The notes beneath the pieces were generated by a model. The model did no database searches. It was not told the DNA's origin and was given only the letters and a program-made list of their open reading frames with translations. Positions 44,611 through 58,241 of a stretch of 64,000 bases of DNA are shown here, piece after piece. The stretch is taken from NCBI RefSeq assembly GCF_009914755.1, contig NC_060927.1, one strand, 5' to 3'. A program made the translations under genes and the position numbers. Position 1 is the first letter of the stretch; every line of letters begins with the position of its first letter. The DNA comes from the human T2T-CHM13v2.0 reference genome, Homo sapiens.

Positions 44611-46169
44611 AAACATCTTCCTAAGTAGTTTTTTATTTTGGTTGCTTTTACTTAAGAGACCTTGTTATTATAGGGCACCCCAGTTAAAGATGCCTCATAT
44701 ATGACATCTGAACCAAAAAACCTTATCATTTAGGACATGATATCCTTTCTGAGGTTTGAGAAGTGGCTATTTTGTCTCTTACAAAGATTTGTAGGGAATT
44801 TACTGAGGGAATTGTTGAGGGACTAGTGAGCAATTCTTGTTCACATAGAAATGAACAAAACTGCATTTACCCAGTGATTTTCAAAAACATACTCCCAGTA
44901 AATCAAGGTTGCTCTGAACTGAACTTAGGGTCTCAACCAGCTGCAGACCAGTTACATCTTAGCAAGCAGGGCTTTGAGTGGTGCAGTGGGCAGAGTGTGT
45001 GGCTCTGACCTATCAGGTGTGATCCCCTCCTACTGTGCACTGTTTCCTGTCTGGCACAGACACAGGCAAAGCACTTTTGCTGAAAGGACAGAAAGACTCA
45101 AGGTGAAGGCAGTGCCATGCAGGCCCCGGATGCTGTGCTGAGTGTCTTGGAACTGAGGAAGCCGCTGATGGCCAGTGGGGCCAGGGCAGGGCTTGCGAAA
45201 AGATTCAAGGCTTCATTCCAGTCACATGGACAGACTGGTACTGCTTTTCACATTCTTATCAAAAAGGGCTGCAGGCAGGTACAAAGACCACTGCAGCCTT
45301 TCCTGTCCTCATGGCATTGCCCTACAACTGGCCACCTAAAATGACCTTCTCTGCTCCTGCATCCTTTTAGGAATGGGTAACTTGGTACCATTCAGATGTG
45401 CCATGCTGAAAAAATGAGAGTGCTTTCTTTTGAGGGAGTTGTGGAGGAATACATGATGTCCTATATGGGAGGCCCATAAGGTTAGTGAGGTAAAAAAAAG
45501 AATCAAGAGTTTTTCTTGCTCTGCTCATTCACCCATAGTGATGGAGAGATTTGATTTCATCTGGATGCTCGTGTTCCACTGACAGTGAGTACTGCTCAGC
45601 CAGTGCTCGCCGCCAGGTAGTTAGGTGTGTCTTTTACAATGTTTAGCACAGCGAATAGAGAAAGTGCCTGGCAGATGCTTGGCCATCTCCTCTGCATCTC
45701 CCATAGTACCAAGTATCTTGCCTTGTGCACAGTAGGTGCTTGTCTGTGGGGCAAATAGATACATTTGCAGTTGAAGTAATCCTGTTTCTCTGCCTGAAGT
45801 AAGAGACATTCACCATCTGTAGAGTGGGAATTGTGACTTCCTCTAGATGCAGGGACAGTTTTGTAATAAAGCATCCTCATAACCTCACTTGGCCCTTTTT
45901 GGCACAAAGACCTGTGAAGGCGGAGACCATGACCTATTTTGCTCAGCATTTATTTCCCAGTGCAAATACTCAGTATTTGTTGAATGAATAAACAAATGGG
46001 ATACACCTGTCTTTCTTAAATTGCAGAAGTTCATTGCTTAAAGTAGCCATGTATGTCTTCATCAAAGTTTCTTCAGTTCTCAAAATCTTCTCATATATGT
46101 CTGTGCATACACACACTCACTCAACCCAGCAGTTGGCATACAATGGCCATTTGGTATTTGTTTTGCAAA

Positions 46170-46420
46170 AGAAGTTAGTAAGTGGCAGTAGGTAAAGAAA
46201 AGGGCACTGACTGGGAGGTGAAAGATCTGGACCCAAGTCCAGGTTTGGCCACCTAAGCAATCTGGAGACCTTGTTAAGGGGCTGGGTATCCTGTCTCGCC
46301 CAGTCAGAATCTTGCTGTCTAAATGGGGCTAATCACTGCATATCTTGAAGGTGGTTTATCCAGCTCACAAGAAAGAATTGATGTGCAGCGCTTGTCAAAG
46401 TTAAGCCTTGTACATGTGTG
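46170..46420 (+). mobile_element. MIR, degraded
   Basis: GCACTGACTGGGAG...GATCTGGACCCAAGTCCAGG...GTCTAAATGGGGCTAAT. Confidence 0.55.
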
Positions 46421-47479
46421 AGGACTTTGTTCTTGTCACCGATATATGCTCGGATCCCCATGTTTGATGTGTGGCTAATGTGTATGCACCTTCTCCCTAG
46501 TCCACCCTGAGAGCTGAGGGTGTCATTTTACCTAAATAAAGAAATACATTGTTAATGTAGAAAATTTAGAATTCACAGAAAATTGTAAGTAACAACAATT
46601 ACCTGCAGACTGTAGCCCAGAGATAACCACTGTTAATCTTGTGGGATGTTTCTTTTTGTACCTCTCCTAGGCAGGTACTTTCACATCACACACACACAAA
46701 GACACGGTATTACTTCAGTCACATAACCATTATTTTTGTATCAAATTTACCCAAGTAGATAACCCATTCCAGGAAAAGAAAGAGACTTAACTTTGTTGTT
46801 CTGTTACTTTCTCAGGGCCTAGTGCACTATGAGACCGAGCAGGTATTTGTTAAATACTTAATGGCTTTCTGGAACATCAGGGCTGACAAGATTCTGAGTT
46901 ATAATCTAATGTTCTCAGTTGAAGTGCAGGAGAATGAAGGCCTATGGAGAGAAGCAGGCCCAGGGTCCTAGGGCTGGATGTAGCTGAGCTAGAACTCAGA
47001 AATGTGCTGTTGTCTTGCCCACGTCTACTCTCTACTAATAAGTTAAGAGGCACATACAAGAAGGCCCATCTGGTTGGTGCTTCTAGCAGAGAAGCTGATT
47101 CATGCTTAATTTTGACCACATCTCTAGGTTTGTGGTTACTGCTCAGAATCAGGATAGCATCTGGGTATCTCGAAGCTGCTGTCTCCAGTGGAGGCTTTGG
47201 ACTGATCTCACAAAGTTATGCTGATTTCTACATCAGCCTACATCTGGGGTCCTTCTCCTGGTTATCATTGTTTGTACTGTATGCACAGATACCACGCCCT
47301 TACTTAATAATCCAGCCTTGGTGGAAGTATATTCTCCTGTGTTTTTGTTGGAATATACCAACCCTGTATTGCCCTGCCCTGCCTTTCGAGCATCGTGAAA
47401 AGAAGTCCTTCTTTCTCTTGGTGGTTCTTGCCTCATGCTCTCACCCTCCCTTTTTGTGGTGTCTTACTGAGCCAGTTGT

Positions 47480-47850
47480 TCATTCCCCAGCAAACATTTC
47501 ATGTTTACAGTCCTCAACTAGGCTATACTGTGGAAGATTCAGCAGATGTGCAAGCCCAACCTTTCAGGATCTGAGTCGAGAGAGAGAGGGGACATTATAT
47601 AGAGAAATTATAGCTCAGTTTATAAAGTGGCCAGTGACCCAGGAGAGCGGCAGAGCACAGGCTGTGGATCCTGGGTGGCAGGAGGCCTTTGTCATGGTTA
47701 TTGGGGGTATAGGGAGCTGGGCAGGCAGGGATTTGAAAAGAGGGGCATTAGAGCTTGACTTGGAAAGGGGGACTGGGATGTGAACATTTGGAGATTGCAG
47801 GAGAAAGCATTCCTGGCAGAGGAACAAGTAGTAGATGAGAAGGGTCACAG
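47480..47850 (-). mobile_element. L2 fragment
   Basis: CATTCCCCAGCAAACATTT...AAAGCATTCCTGGCAGAGGAAC. Confidence 0.55.
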
Positions 47851-49323
47851 GTGGATCCCTAGGTGGGGGTAGCTAAGGATTCTCAGGATCTGGTTGCTCA
47901 ATAGCAGCAAGTTGAGTTCTGCACCTCTGCAGGCCATGACCTGGGAAAACATCACCTCCCAAGCCCCCCACTGCCTTTACTTGTCCAATGCTATTGGTGC
48001 AAGTAGCCTGGCAAGTTGATACAACCAGTTTTCCTTTGGGACAAGGGACTTGGTGAGGGGATCTGTGGACTCCTAAGAGCCTTCCAGTGGATTCCAGGTG
48101 ATTTGGGAACTTCCTAAAATTGCACAGATGATTTTGTGTACATGTGCACCTTTCCCCCACAACTTTCAAAGATCTCTGTTACCCTTGAAAGTGTAGGAGG
48201 AAGAGGGTCGGCATGTGGATTAATTTTAAAACCATATTTAAAAAACTCTCAAATCATGTGAAGTTTGTAGTGGAAAGCTCCATTCAGTTTGAAAGCCTTC
48301 ACCATTCTCAGGCACAGCTCACTGATCTCCTTAGTCTGTGCACCCCTGATGGGCAAGATTATGTCTCATCCCTGCCCAGAACTTGGCCTCAGAATCTTAT
48401 TTGTGATGTTTGTTCAGGGAATAAAATAGCTTTGATGTGGATATAAATTTGCATGTGTGCTGACTTGCAATAGAGTGGATTTTTTTTTTTAATTGCTACC
48501 TCTAGGATCCTAAGGCTGACTTTATGTGGAGGAGACATTTCCAATGTCCGTCTTCCTGCCTGGTCCCTACCTGACCCTCCTTATTAAGCACAGGGATAAG
48601 CCTTGGCATGTCCTGCCAGCAAGCTGAGGGCTGGGGCTGTCTGGCCTGTACTTGCCAAATGTAGTCTGAGCTGTCTTCTCTCTAAAGGACTCTTCAGCCC
48701 CATGACCCCCAAGTATAGAGCCAGACCCAAATGTGCCTCTTCACATGTTCCAAGGTGGGCATGCTTGGGAACCTCATCCAGCCCCTCCTTGACCTGAGGG
48801 GTCTGCAGCAGCAGCCCATGCTCATCTTAGGCAGTATAAGGACTCCTGTGGCTGCAGAACCACGAGGTGGGACTCTCCTCAGGGGCTGCTTCTTGGTGAA
48901 TCTGCACTCTATTTATAATCAAAAGCTCTGCCAGATGGACGTGAGGTGCCCAGCAGAGGGTAGGAACACTGGCAGCTGCCTTGGCATTTTGTTAAGTAGG
49001 TATGCAAGTTGCTGGCCCATCAGAGAGCTGTAAGGTGCTGGAATGACAGAGCCATTTGTTTTCCCTTGTGAATGGTCTGTTTTATAACATGGTGGGTGAG
49101 ATCAAGGGAGAAGAGTGGGCCCCTTCATAGTTTTTCAAAGTCCTTTTTTCCTTTTTTAGAAAAGTTCAAAGAGGACATTGACTTTCTACAGTCACAAGCA
49201 TCAGCCTGTCTTGGAGAGACAGCAGCTGTGGCATGTAGTATTTTAAGGTGATGAGCCAAGTCAGACAAGTCCTGATATAGGTGGGGTCTGGACATCCTGA
49301 GTGATCATTCTCATCTACCACTC

Positions 49324-49461
49324 CTCTATCTGGGCCATTCTCATTCATTCAGTAGCTCATGGATTGTCTCTCTATCTGGGCCGTTCTCTTTCATTCAGTA
49401 GCTCATGGATTGTCTGTCTATCTGGGCCATTCTCATTCATTCAGTAGCTGATGGATTGTCT
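49324..49461. repeat. Minisatellite, 3 x 46 bp
   Basis: Unit CTCTATCTGGGCCATTCTCATTCATTCAGTAGCTCATGGATTGTCT at 49324, 49370 and 49416. Copies 2 and 3 each differ from copy 1 by 2 substitutions. Confidence 0.97.
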
Positions 49462-51029
49462 AATATGTGCTGAGGAGAGAGGGAATAGATGCACATGGAT
49501 CCTACCCTCAGCAAGCTTTCTGAACAGGAGGCAGTGGACACAAACAGCTGTAATTAGCACAAGGTAGCATGAAGCATCGTAAGAAACTTGGAGATGTGCG
49601 CTGGCATGGGGCTGGGGTCAGAGGTGGTTGGATTGATGTTCCTGATTCCTCCCTTCTGGGATGCTCGTGTTTTATTTATTTTATCTAAAACCTGCAGAAC
49701 CTTTACCACTTGTTTCTACCTTTAACATCTTATTGCATTTATAGCCTCTCTGTTCATCTGTCTGTCCATCCATCCCTCCATCCATTCACCATCTAACATT
49801 TACCATCCTAAGACAGGATGCAGAAGGAAGGAAGACTCAGTGCCTGCTCTCAGGGAGCTCACCTTTGATTGCTTCCTTATGGTCCCATTTGTGTTGGGGG
49901 TTTTGTTCCCCAGCTTAACTGTAAGTTCCTTGAAGGTCAAAGACTGTCTTCTTCAGTGTTCTTGGAAGTTGAAAAATCTGTTTGGTCAGTGGATTGCTGC
50001 AGCTGTCGTCTTGGGTGTATGTGCTTAACAAAAGGCTTAAGAGTGTGTGTCTGCAGGGCACACCAGCCTTGCTGTTTGCAGTGCTGCACAGATGACTCTA
50101 TTAGAGTCTTTTGGTTCTGATTTGGAAATCTAGAGTGGTGGGAGGGTGGGAAGGGAGGTGGGGAAAAATACAATGTCTCAATAGACCAAGTTCCCAAAAG
50201 TGTATCTGCACTTGAGGCTTTCCTGAAGAATGAAAAGCTTAATTCGTGCCTTTTCTTTATGCTACTTGTTCTTTTGTCTTTTTTTTTTTTTTTTAAGGAA
50301 AAGATGTGTCAATTTCAGTTGCCTAATTCATTTTTAATATGGGTCAGAGCTGCCATATTCACATGCCTTTGTCTCATCACACCTAGGCTTCTGTTGAAAT
50401 GCTTGCTTCACAAATGAAGTTTAATTAATAGAAATAGGGAAGTGAACACAGGGCTGATGAATCTGGGGAGACATGACTTGGTGCCTGCCCAGAGAGGTCC
50501 CTGGGTCAGATTCCTCCCGAGCCTGTTGTCAGAGGCAGATTCTTACTTAGGGAGCCAGGATACTGGGAGTCAGGCTGGGGCATTCATCAACAATGCATAG
50601 CATAGATTTGCTTCTTAGCAGATGTGGCTGGCCTATTTACAGTTAGAAGAATTGTCATTGTTTTAGAAAACTTTTTTTGACCAAAAAATAAAATAACCAC
50701 CAACAAAAAACCCAGACTCTTGAGTTGAGGCCAGGTTTGAATCTCAAAGCAGGTTGACCTATTTTCATTACAGCATTATCAAAACTTGTGATTCTACCTC
50801 CCTAACATGCTTTTCCTGGTGTCACATGAATTGAACACCTGATTCAAGCAGGAGAGAGAGAGTGAAGACCTTGTCCTTGTCTGGGGCGGCCCTGTTTCCC
50901 ACTGTGCTGTGGTCTGAACCTCTTTGAGTAATGCCTCCCAGAGCTCACCTGCTAATGACTGTGCTCCACCTGGGGAGGGGCTATTGGGAGGGGCTGGTCC
51001 ACGCAGACAGGGCTGTACCTTTCACGAAG

Positions 51030-51230
51030 TGCTTTCACATCCCCTGTTTGACCTTGACAACTTCCCAGTAAGGGAGGCAGTGCCTGCAGTGTTATCCTTG
51101 GTCCACAGGGGAGGAAACTGAAGCTCACACAGGCAGGCAGGGGGAAGGCCTGGGAGAGAACTTTCAACACTGGCATACCACGGGGATTTGTGAGAGCACC
51201 TGCCTGGAGTCCCTGCCTCCGAGAACTTCG
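51030..51230 (-). mobile_element. MIR
   Basis: CACAGGGGAGGAAACTGAAGCTCA core. Confidence 0.6.
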
Positions 51231-51523
51231 ACTTCTTTCCAGATCTTCTGCTCTCTTATTTGATTTAAGTAGATCCAAATATGGTTCAGGAACAAAGCAG
51301 GCCCCAAACTGTGTATAGGATATGTGGGTAATGGGCCAGAAAGCTCACTCCTCTGGAAAATGTTGGAAAGTGACCTCTCCTGAGCATCCCAGTGACATGG
51401 CTGGATGCCCTGTTGAGATATGAGAGAAGGGGCTGGGGGACAAACCCATGGCAAGGGCACTAGCTGAAGGAATTCATGCAGAGGAGAGGAGAGGGCTTTT
51501 CCACTGACGTTTCCTTGCCTCTA

Positions 51524-51526
<3 letters not shown>

Positions 51527-51572
<46 letters not shown>
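51527..51572. repeat. Perfect (TG)23 microsatellite
   Basis: Directly visible. Confidence 0.97.
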
Positions 51573-51573
<1 letters not shown>

Positions 51574-51929
51574 ATTCCTCCTTGGAAGATGAGAGCTTCT
51601 GGTCTCAAGGGGCCATGCCCTGTTTCTCAGCAGCCTCCTCATCTACTCTCTTGGTTTTCCTCATTCTCTTCGAGGTAACAAGTCCTCACCTATTTTTTTT
51701 TTTTGTGGCACCCTACAGTGTCTGCAGTGATAAGAGCAGGTATCTTTAAAAAATCAAAGCCAAATTAATCTACTTTGGTTTTTTAAAGTCCCCATGGTCC
51801 ACAAAAATATTTACAGGGACTGGAGATTATCTGCTAGTATTCTAAAACTAACAGTAACAACGATTCTTTACATTTTTATAGAGAGCTTCAAACATTTTAG
51901 ACTATCTTTACTTCTGTTTTCCTGTTATT

Positions 51930-52060
51930 CCTAGTACCTCTCCAGATTAGACAAGATGATATTAAATATTTCCATCTTACAGATGAGCAAATTCAGACTT
52001 AGAGACGATAAGGTACTAGCCCCCTGGAAAACAACTGCACTGAACCTAGGTCCTTTATTT
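51930..52060 (-). mobile_element. MIR
   Basis: CCATCTTACAGATGAGCAAATTCAGACTTAGAGA. Confidence 0.7.
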
Positions 52061-52289
52061 CTGAACAAGACAGGCATCGTGTTGAACTTCATGAAGAAGA
52101 TAATCTAATAATTGAAAATACATCAAATACAAGGACAAATAAGAGACGCTGGGGGGGTAATGTGGGAGAAACCTAACCTTGTCTGAGGGTAAAGGCAGTG
52201 TGTAGGTGAGACATGGATGCTGAGTTGGCCTTTGCTGGGTGAAGAGAGTCAGGAAGATTGTCCAGGGCGTGATGTGTTCCTGGAACCGT

Positions 52290-52900
52290 GGGGCCCCATC
52301 TCAGTGGGCCTTGCAAGCCAGGATGAGTGCTTTGGTTTGTTTTTAAAGCTGTGAGAAGCCACTAAAGGGTTTTAAGCAGAGGACTGATGTGGGTTTTAGA
52401 AAGACTGCTGTGGCTATTAGGCAGAAACATGTGGGGAGGGGCAAGAACAAAACTGGAGAGCCAGAGCAGGCAGCTGTTAGAGTTATTCAGGGAAATGTTC
52501 GTGCTGTAGACTCTGGGGTGACTGAAGTGGGAAGATTCGAGAACTATTGGGGTGTAGAAGGGACAGCAGCTAGGGATTATTTGGTTGTGGTAGAGGACAA
52601 CAGGTAATAGAGACTCAGGATTTTGGCCTGGATGTAATGGGGCCATTTTCTGAGTTAGGTAACTTTTTACATTACAGGGTCTTCTCTGGGACCTGCGGGG
52701 GCCTGTTTTGGGCAGGAGGGCAGGAGCATGGACTCATTTTGGGACATGCTGAGTTTGAAATGCTTTTAAAGTATGTTATGTGGAAACTTCAGGCAGGAAT
52801 GGGGACAGGTGGTTCTGGAGCTCCAAAGAGAGAAGTGGGCTGGAGGTGCAAATTCCAGATTCATTGCCACAAAGTGAATAACTGGAATAGTGGACAGGAA
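52290..52900 (-). mobile_element. L2 relic
   Basis: GGGCCTTGCAAGCCAGGATGAG...GAAGCCACTAAAGGGTTTTAAGCAG...TTTTGGGACATGCTGAGTTTGAAATGC. Confidence 0.8.
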
Positions 52901-53069
52901 TTAGACCACCAAATTCTGTGATTCTTTCGTCTTTCCCGTACTTCTTGAGGGGATTTATAAACTCAAGCTCAAAATAGGAACCTGAGCTTTAAGAGAGATA
53001 TAGCCACGTTTGGAGTTGGTTTAACAAAGGCTGTTCTGCGGGTCCCAGAGAAGACCCTGTAATGTAAAA
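52665..53069. repeat. Perfect 29-bp inverted repeat with a 347-bp spacer
   Basis: TTTTACATTACAGGGTCTTCTCTGGGACC (52665-52693) is the exact reverse complement of 53041-53069. Confidence 0.97.
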
Positions 53070-54870
53070 GGAGAATCTGGTAGGTAATTGGAACCAACAA
53101 ATATACTTAATGTTATATCCCAGTGATGGTGATCTCAGAACTCACGGTTGGTTGTACGAATGCTGGTTCCTGGTCTCTGTAGAATTGCTTCCTTATGGCT
53201 GCACATTCCATCAAGTGGTTCTGCCCAAATTTACTCAATTAGATCTTGGTGGTGCATTTCACAATAAGAAATAATTCTGAAATACACTCATAATGGTTTC
53301 AAATTTTAGATGAATTCTTTGGATTAAGACCTAGGGGTATTTCCTTGGTTGTAGAGAACACACACTTTTATGACTCCTTGTTATGAAGGCAACAGACTGT
53401 GTAAAAGAACTCTGGAGTTGTTGGGGCAAGAGCTATGTGGTGTTTCTCCCTGAAGCCCTCAGAGGGTTGTCCTCCTCGGATTTCAAGGGACCCGCTCTGT
53501 GAGGCACACTGGAGACTCAGGGGCAAGCTCTTTTTCACTGACTCACTCACCAGTGTTTGCTGAGTGTGTCTCATGCCTTCTTTCTTGCTTGCCCCTGGAA
53601 CATGCACAGGACTCAGACCCAGCCCTGCTTGTGGCCTGGGGCTGGTAGATCTCATGCAGGTAATCACGGCTGAGGATGAGCTCTGCTTTGTGTGAGTTCT
53701 GGATGAAGTCTGGGGGAGTTTGGAGACGGGAGATGCTCCTTCTGCCTGGGGGAGTAGAGAAATGCTTCCCAGAGGTTATGGAAGGAAATTGGATTTGTGG
53801 AGGTGACTGACAGATCTGTGCCCCTTGTGTCAGTGTCTCTAGCTGCGACAGACACATGGGTCAGCAGGCGACCCTTGTTTTCCCTGAGAGCAGCAAAGGC
53901 CCTGGTGAGGATGTGTCCAGCACTACAGGACTGGCTAGCTGCTTTCTTTTTTACCTTTCAGTTTTCAAGGTATGAATTTTTAACCAGATACTTTCTAACC
54001 TTAAAGTGATTTGGTACTCCCAAGGAATCATTCTGAAAGTTAGGAAATTTATTTGTGATTCATTGAGTTGAACTATCAATAACTGTAACAGATTCCGATC
54101 TCCTTTGTGGAAAAAAAAAGTAACTGTCTTCTCAAGTACAAGAATGAGAGAAAGGGTCTTGATTACCATTTTGTCCTGTTCACCTTTTTTGGAGAACACC
54201 TTTAATTTCTTGGCCACACCGTGCTCGTCTTCATTTTGCACAGCACCACTGTTGTAACTCCTAAAACTTACGCATCACGGCAGATGTGTGATTCTTTCAT
54301 TCTTTAGATCTGTAGTTTTCCCTTATACAGAAGTTAGTGTCTTCTCTTCCAATGTATTTAAACCTTTAATGAATATTTCATCAAATGAACTTCATGTCTT
54401 GTATTTCATTATTAATGTTGTTTATGAGACCCTATCCTCATTAGCATAACTTACAAACTAAGAGGAAGAATGATATTTTAGGACAGTGGTTGGTGAGAGA
54501 ATAGTTGCGCATCCTTCTACACGTGTCAAATGTGGGCCTTTAGCGAGCCTGCAGGAAAAGCTGGGATGCTGAGTATGTGTCTCGCCTGGGGTGACAGATG
54601 GGGTGTTCATGTTCTGTGAGCTCTCAGCCGTCCCGAGTGTGTGGCTGTCCCTGCAGCATTTGGACGAACTCCCGCCAAGAGGAAGCCTGGGCATGGGGGT
54701 GCTGTGAGGCAGGACTGAGTGTATGAATCAAGGTCGGCCTTGTCCTAGCTGGGTGACATAAGCCAAACCCCTTGCCGACTCTTCAGGGTCATTTTGATCT
54801 TCCCGCCACCCAGATGTCCCCTGGTTCACTGATGACCCCGATAACTAATGTGTCATTTTCCTCTATGTGC

Positions 54871-55027
54871 TTTTCTTTTAGAGACAACGTCTCCTTCTGT
54901 TGCCCAGGCTGGAGTGCAGTGGTGCAGTCATGGCTTACTGCAGCCTTGAACTCCTGGCCTCGAGTGATCCTCCCTTCTCAACCTCCCAAAGCACTGGGAT
55001 TACAGGCATGTGCCATTGTGCCTGGCC
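54871..55027 (-). mobile_element. Alu monomer (FRAM/FAM-like or recombined AluJ)
   Basis: Single arm of about 155 bp with a right-arm 3' part and a CCCAAAGCACTGGG 5' part. Confidence 0.85.
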
Positions 55028-55899
55028 TTGTTTTGGCAAAACCATATGGATGTCCCATCTAACACTCCAGCCTCTCATTTCAAGGGCCCTTTTCCCCTTT
55101 GGCCATCCACTTCCACTTGCATACCCTGGGCCTCATGGTTTGGGTGGCTGTTTCAGCTCCTGAACCTCTAACTTAGTGTGCTCCTCACCAGCCTTGCCCT
55201 TCTCTCTGGCCTGCCTGCTCAGCATCACCCAGGGCCTGTTTTCCCTGCAGACCTGGGCTCTCCTCCTTGGCCAACTTAGATGCTAGACCTTTCACCTCAC
55301 CTCCTCAAATCCCTTTGGTCCTTTTCATCACTTCTGTGCAGGACATCCCAGCCCTGGATGGATCCAGCTAGTGGTCCTGGCCCTGCCTGGCCATCCAGCC
55401 TCAGCTCATGCCACTGCCCCTGCATCCACTACTGTTCTGCTTCATGAGCTGCCTTCTGTTGCTCTAAGGAGTCAACTCCTTCCCACCTTGGAGCTTCTAG
55501 ACCGTGTCCTCTCCCCAGATGGCTCCTCCCTCACTTCGTCTATTACTTTAAGCTCCACATCATCATTTGTTTCCTAGGGGAGCCTCCTCTGACTGCCTGG
55601 TTGAGGTCAGGCTTGTCGTCCAGCCTATACTTAGGATTGTCACTTACTGTTTGTGTGCTTATCTGTTCAACACCTGGCCCAGGGTTGTATAGGGCAGACC
55701 TAGTTTCAGACCTTCTGTTCCTTCATGCCCATGAAATGTCCCAGAAATCCTATTGCCTTGGCATCCAAATGCCATTGCCCAGACTGTCTCCTATAGTCAG
55801 AAACAGCTCAGAAAGCTTTTATCAGCATGAGTGTCCTAGTTTTTGGTTCACAAAACAACTGTGGTCATCACAGTTCTAATTCCTGTTGGTTGGTTGGAG

Positions 55900-56130
55900 A
55901 GTCAGTACAGAGTATTAGCTTTGGGCCAGATTCCTTGAGTTAAATCCTTGCCACTTATAACTAGGTGAGCCTGGGCGGCCGGGCACCCTCTCGTTTCCTC
56001 ATGTAGAAGGTGATCATGGTGCCCACATCCTGGCATTGCCGAGAGGATCGAGTGAGCGGGCATAGGTACTTCTCTACACTGAGAAGCACTGAGCACTTGG
56101 TGAGCATCCGGAAACATCTGCTGCTGTTAG
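55900..56130 (+). mobile_element. MIR
   Basis: GAGTTAAATCCTTGCCACTTA...TTTCCTCATGTAGAAGG. Confidence 0.75.
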
Positions 56131-56487
56131 TGTGGGCTGAGCTCTGTCCGCTGTGGGCTACAGAAGGCCCTACTGCCTGTCCTGCATTTTTCTCTTATGT
56201 ATGGGCTTTCAGTAAACATGTTTGGATTGAAATACACATTTGAGGAGGCACTGGACCCAGACCTTTGAGCCTGTGATTCCAAACCCTTTCCTCCTGTGCA
56301 GTTGCAGCTCACTTCCCACATCACTCAGTCCTGCCTCTAAGCGACACTACACTGTCACCTTCCTTCATCATCACTGTTGGCGCTTTCACATAAGCAAGGG
56401 CCCCATGTATTTTTCTCTTATTCTCTCTGTCTGGAATACTCTAATTCTTTCCTTGAATCCAATGTTCTGTTCACCTCCTCCTTTATA

Positions 56488-56912
<425 letters not shown>

Positions 56913-57269
56913 TAGTAATTGGCAATTATAATTCTAAGATTATAAACTACAGTATCAAAGGTAAGAGCAATGTTTCCTCTCCCAGGAACTACACAAAGCG
57001 TAGAAGAACTCAGTATTTCCTAGGCCTTCAGGAAAAGCTTGTTGACTAAAAGAAATAACCAGTTGACCTGGTTTTGGTGTCCGTTTATTTTTGCGTGGAT
57101 ATGAGGTGTACCCTGGGATCCTTGTTAAATCTCATGTTACTCAGCTTGTTTTGTCACCAGTGTTGGGCAAAACTGGGTGACAGGCTCTCCACCTTCTCTG
57201 CCCCTTTCTTTTCTTTCCCTGCTTTTCCAGGAACACCTTGATTCTTCTGTACGCTAGGGTGTCATTTCT

Positions 57270-57790
57270 CTCGTTCCTTCAGCAGTTCAATGAGAGTTCC
57301 TGAGCACTGCCTACAGTGTGACAGGTGCTCATCTGAGCGTGAGGAGCAGCAGTGAACCAAATAGGCAGGGCTCCTGTTCTGGTGGAGCTATGTTCTAGTG
57401 GGAAGAGAGGTGATAAAGGAATATGTCCACGACATAGGTGGTGCTTCGATTCTAGCAGGGAAGACTTATGTTGATTGGCCAGGAAAGACGTCTTTAATGA
57501 GGTGCCATGTAGGCAGGGATCTGAAAGAAGTGAAGGGAGCAAGCTGTGAGGATAGCCAGGGCAGAGGGGATGGGCACCCAGCCTGGCTGAGAGTGTGTGT
57601 GTGTGGGGGAAGGAGATGTTTTTAATTGGAATGGAGTAGGGGTGAAAGGAGGAGCTGGAGGCATCAGAACATAGAAGGCCTTCTAGGAACCCCCTAAAAG
57701 GGCCTTGGATGTTACTCCGAATTAGATGGAGAGCTGTTTGAAGGTTTTTGGGAGCAGGGGACATTATCTGATTTGTCTAATGTCACCTTA
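57270..57790 (-). mobile_element. L2 3' part
   Basis: CCTGAGCACTGCCTACAGTGTGACAGG...GGAGCTATGTTCTAGTGGG...GAAGGTTTTTGGGAGCAGGGGACATTATCTGATTT. Confidence 0.8.
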
Positions 57791-57885
57791 GGTCTCTCAT
57801 GAGCTTAAGGAAATATTAACTCATTCATAGGAGGAGGGAAGTAACTTCTGTTTTAAGGAGGGACACTTGCCTAATTCCTCTTTGA

Positions 57886-58241
<356 letters not shown>

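Noticed and set aside
46944-47783. Longest ORF, 279 aa
   Set aside because: No recognisable domain, the 3' part overlaps an L2 fragment, and there is no promoter or splice context. A chance ORF is plausible; Ribo-seq or PhyloCSF would settle it.
49324-49461. CRISPR-like array
   Set aside because: Head-to-tail repeats with no unique spacers, in eukaryotic DNA with no cas genes.
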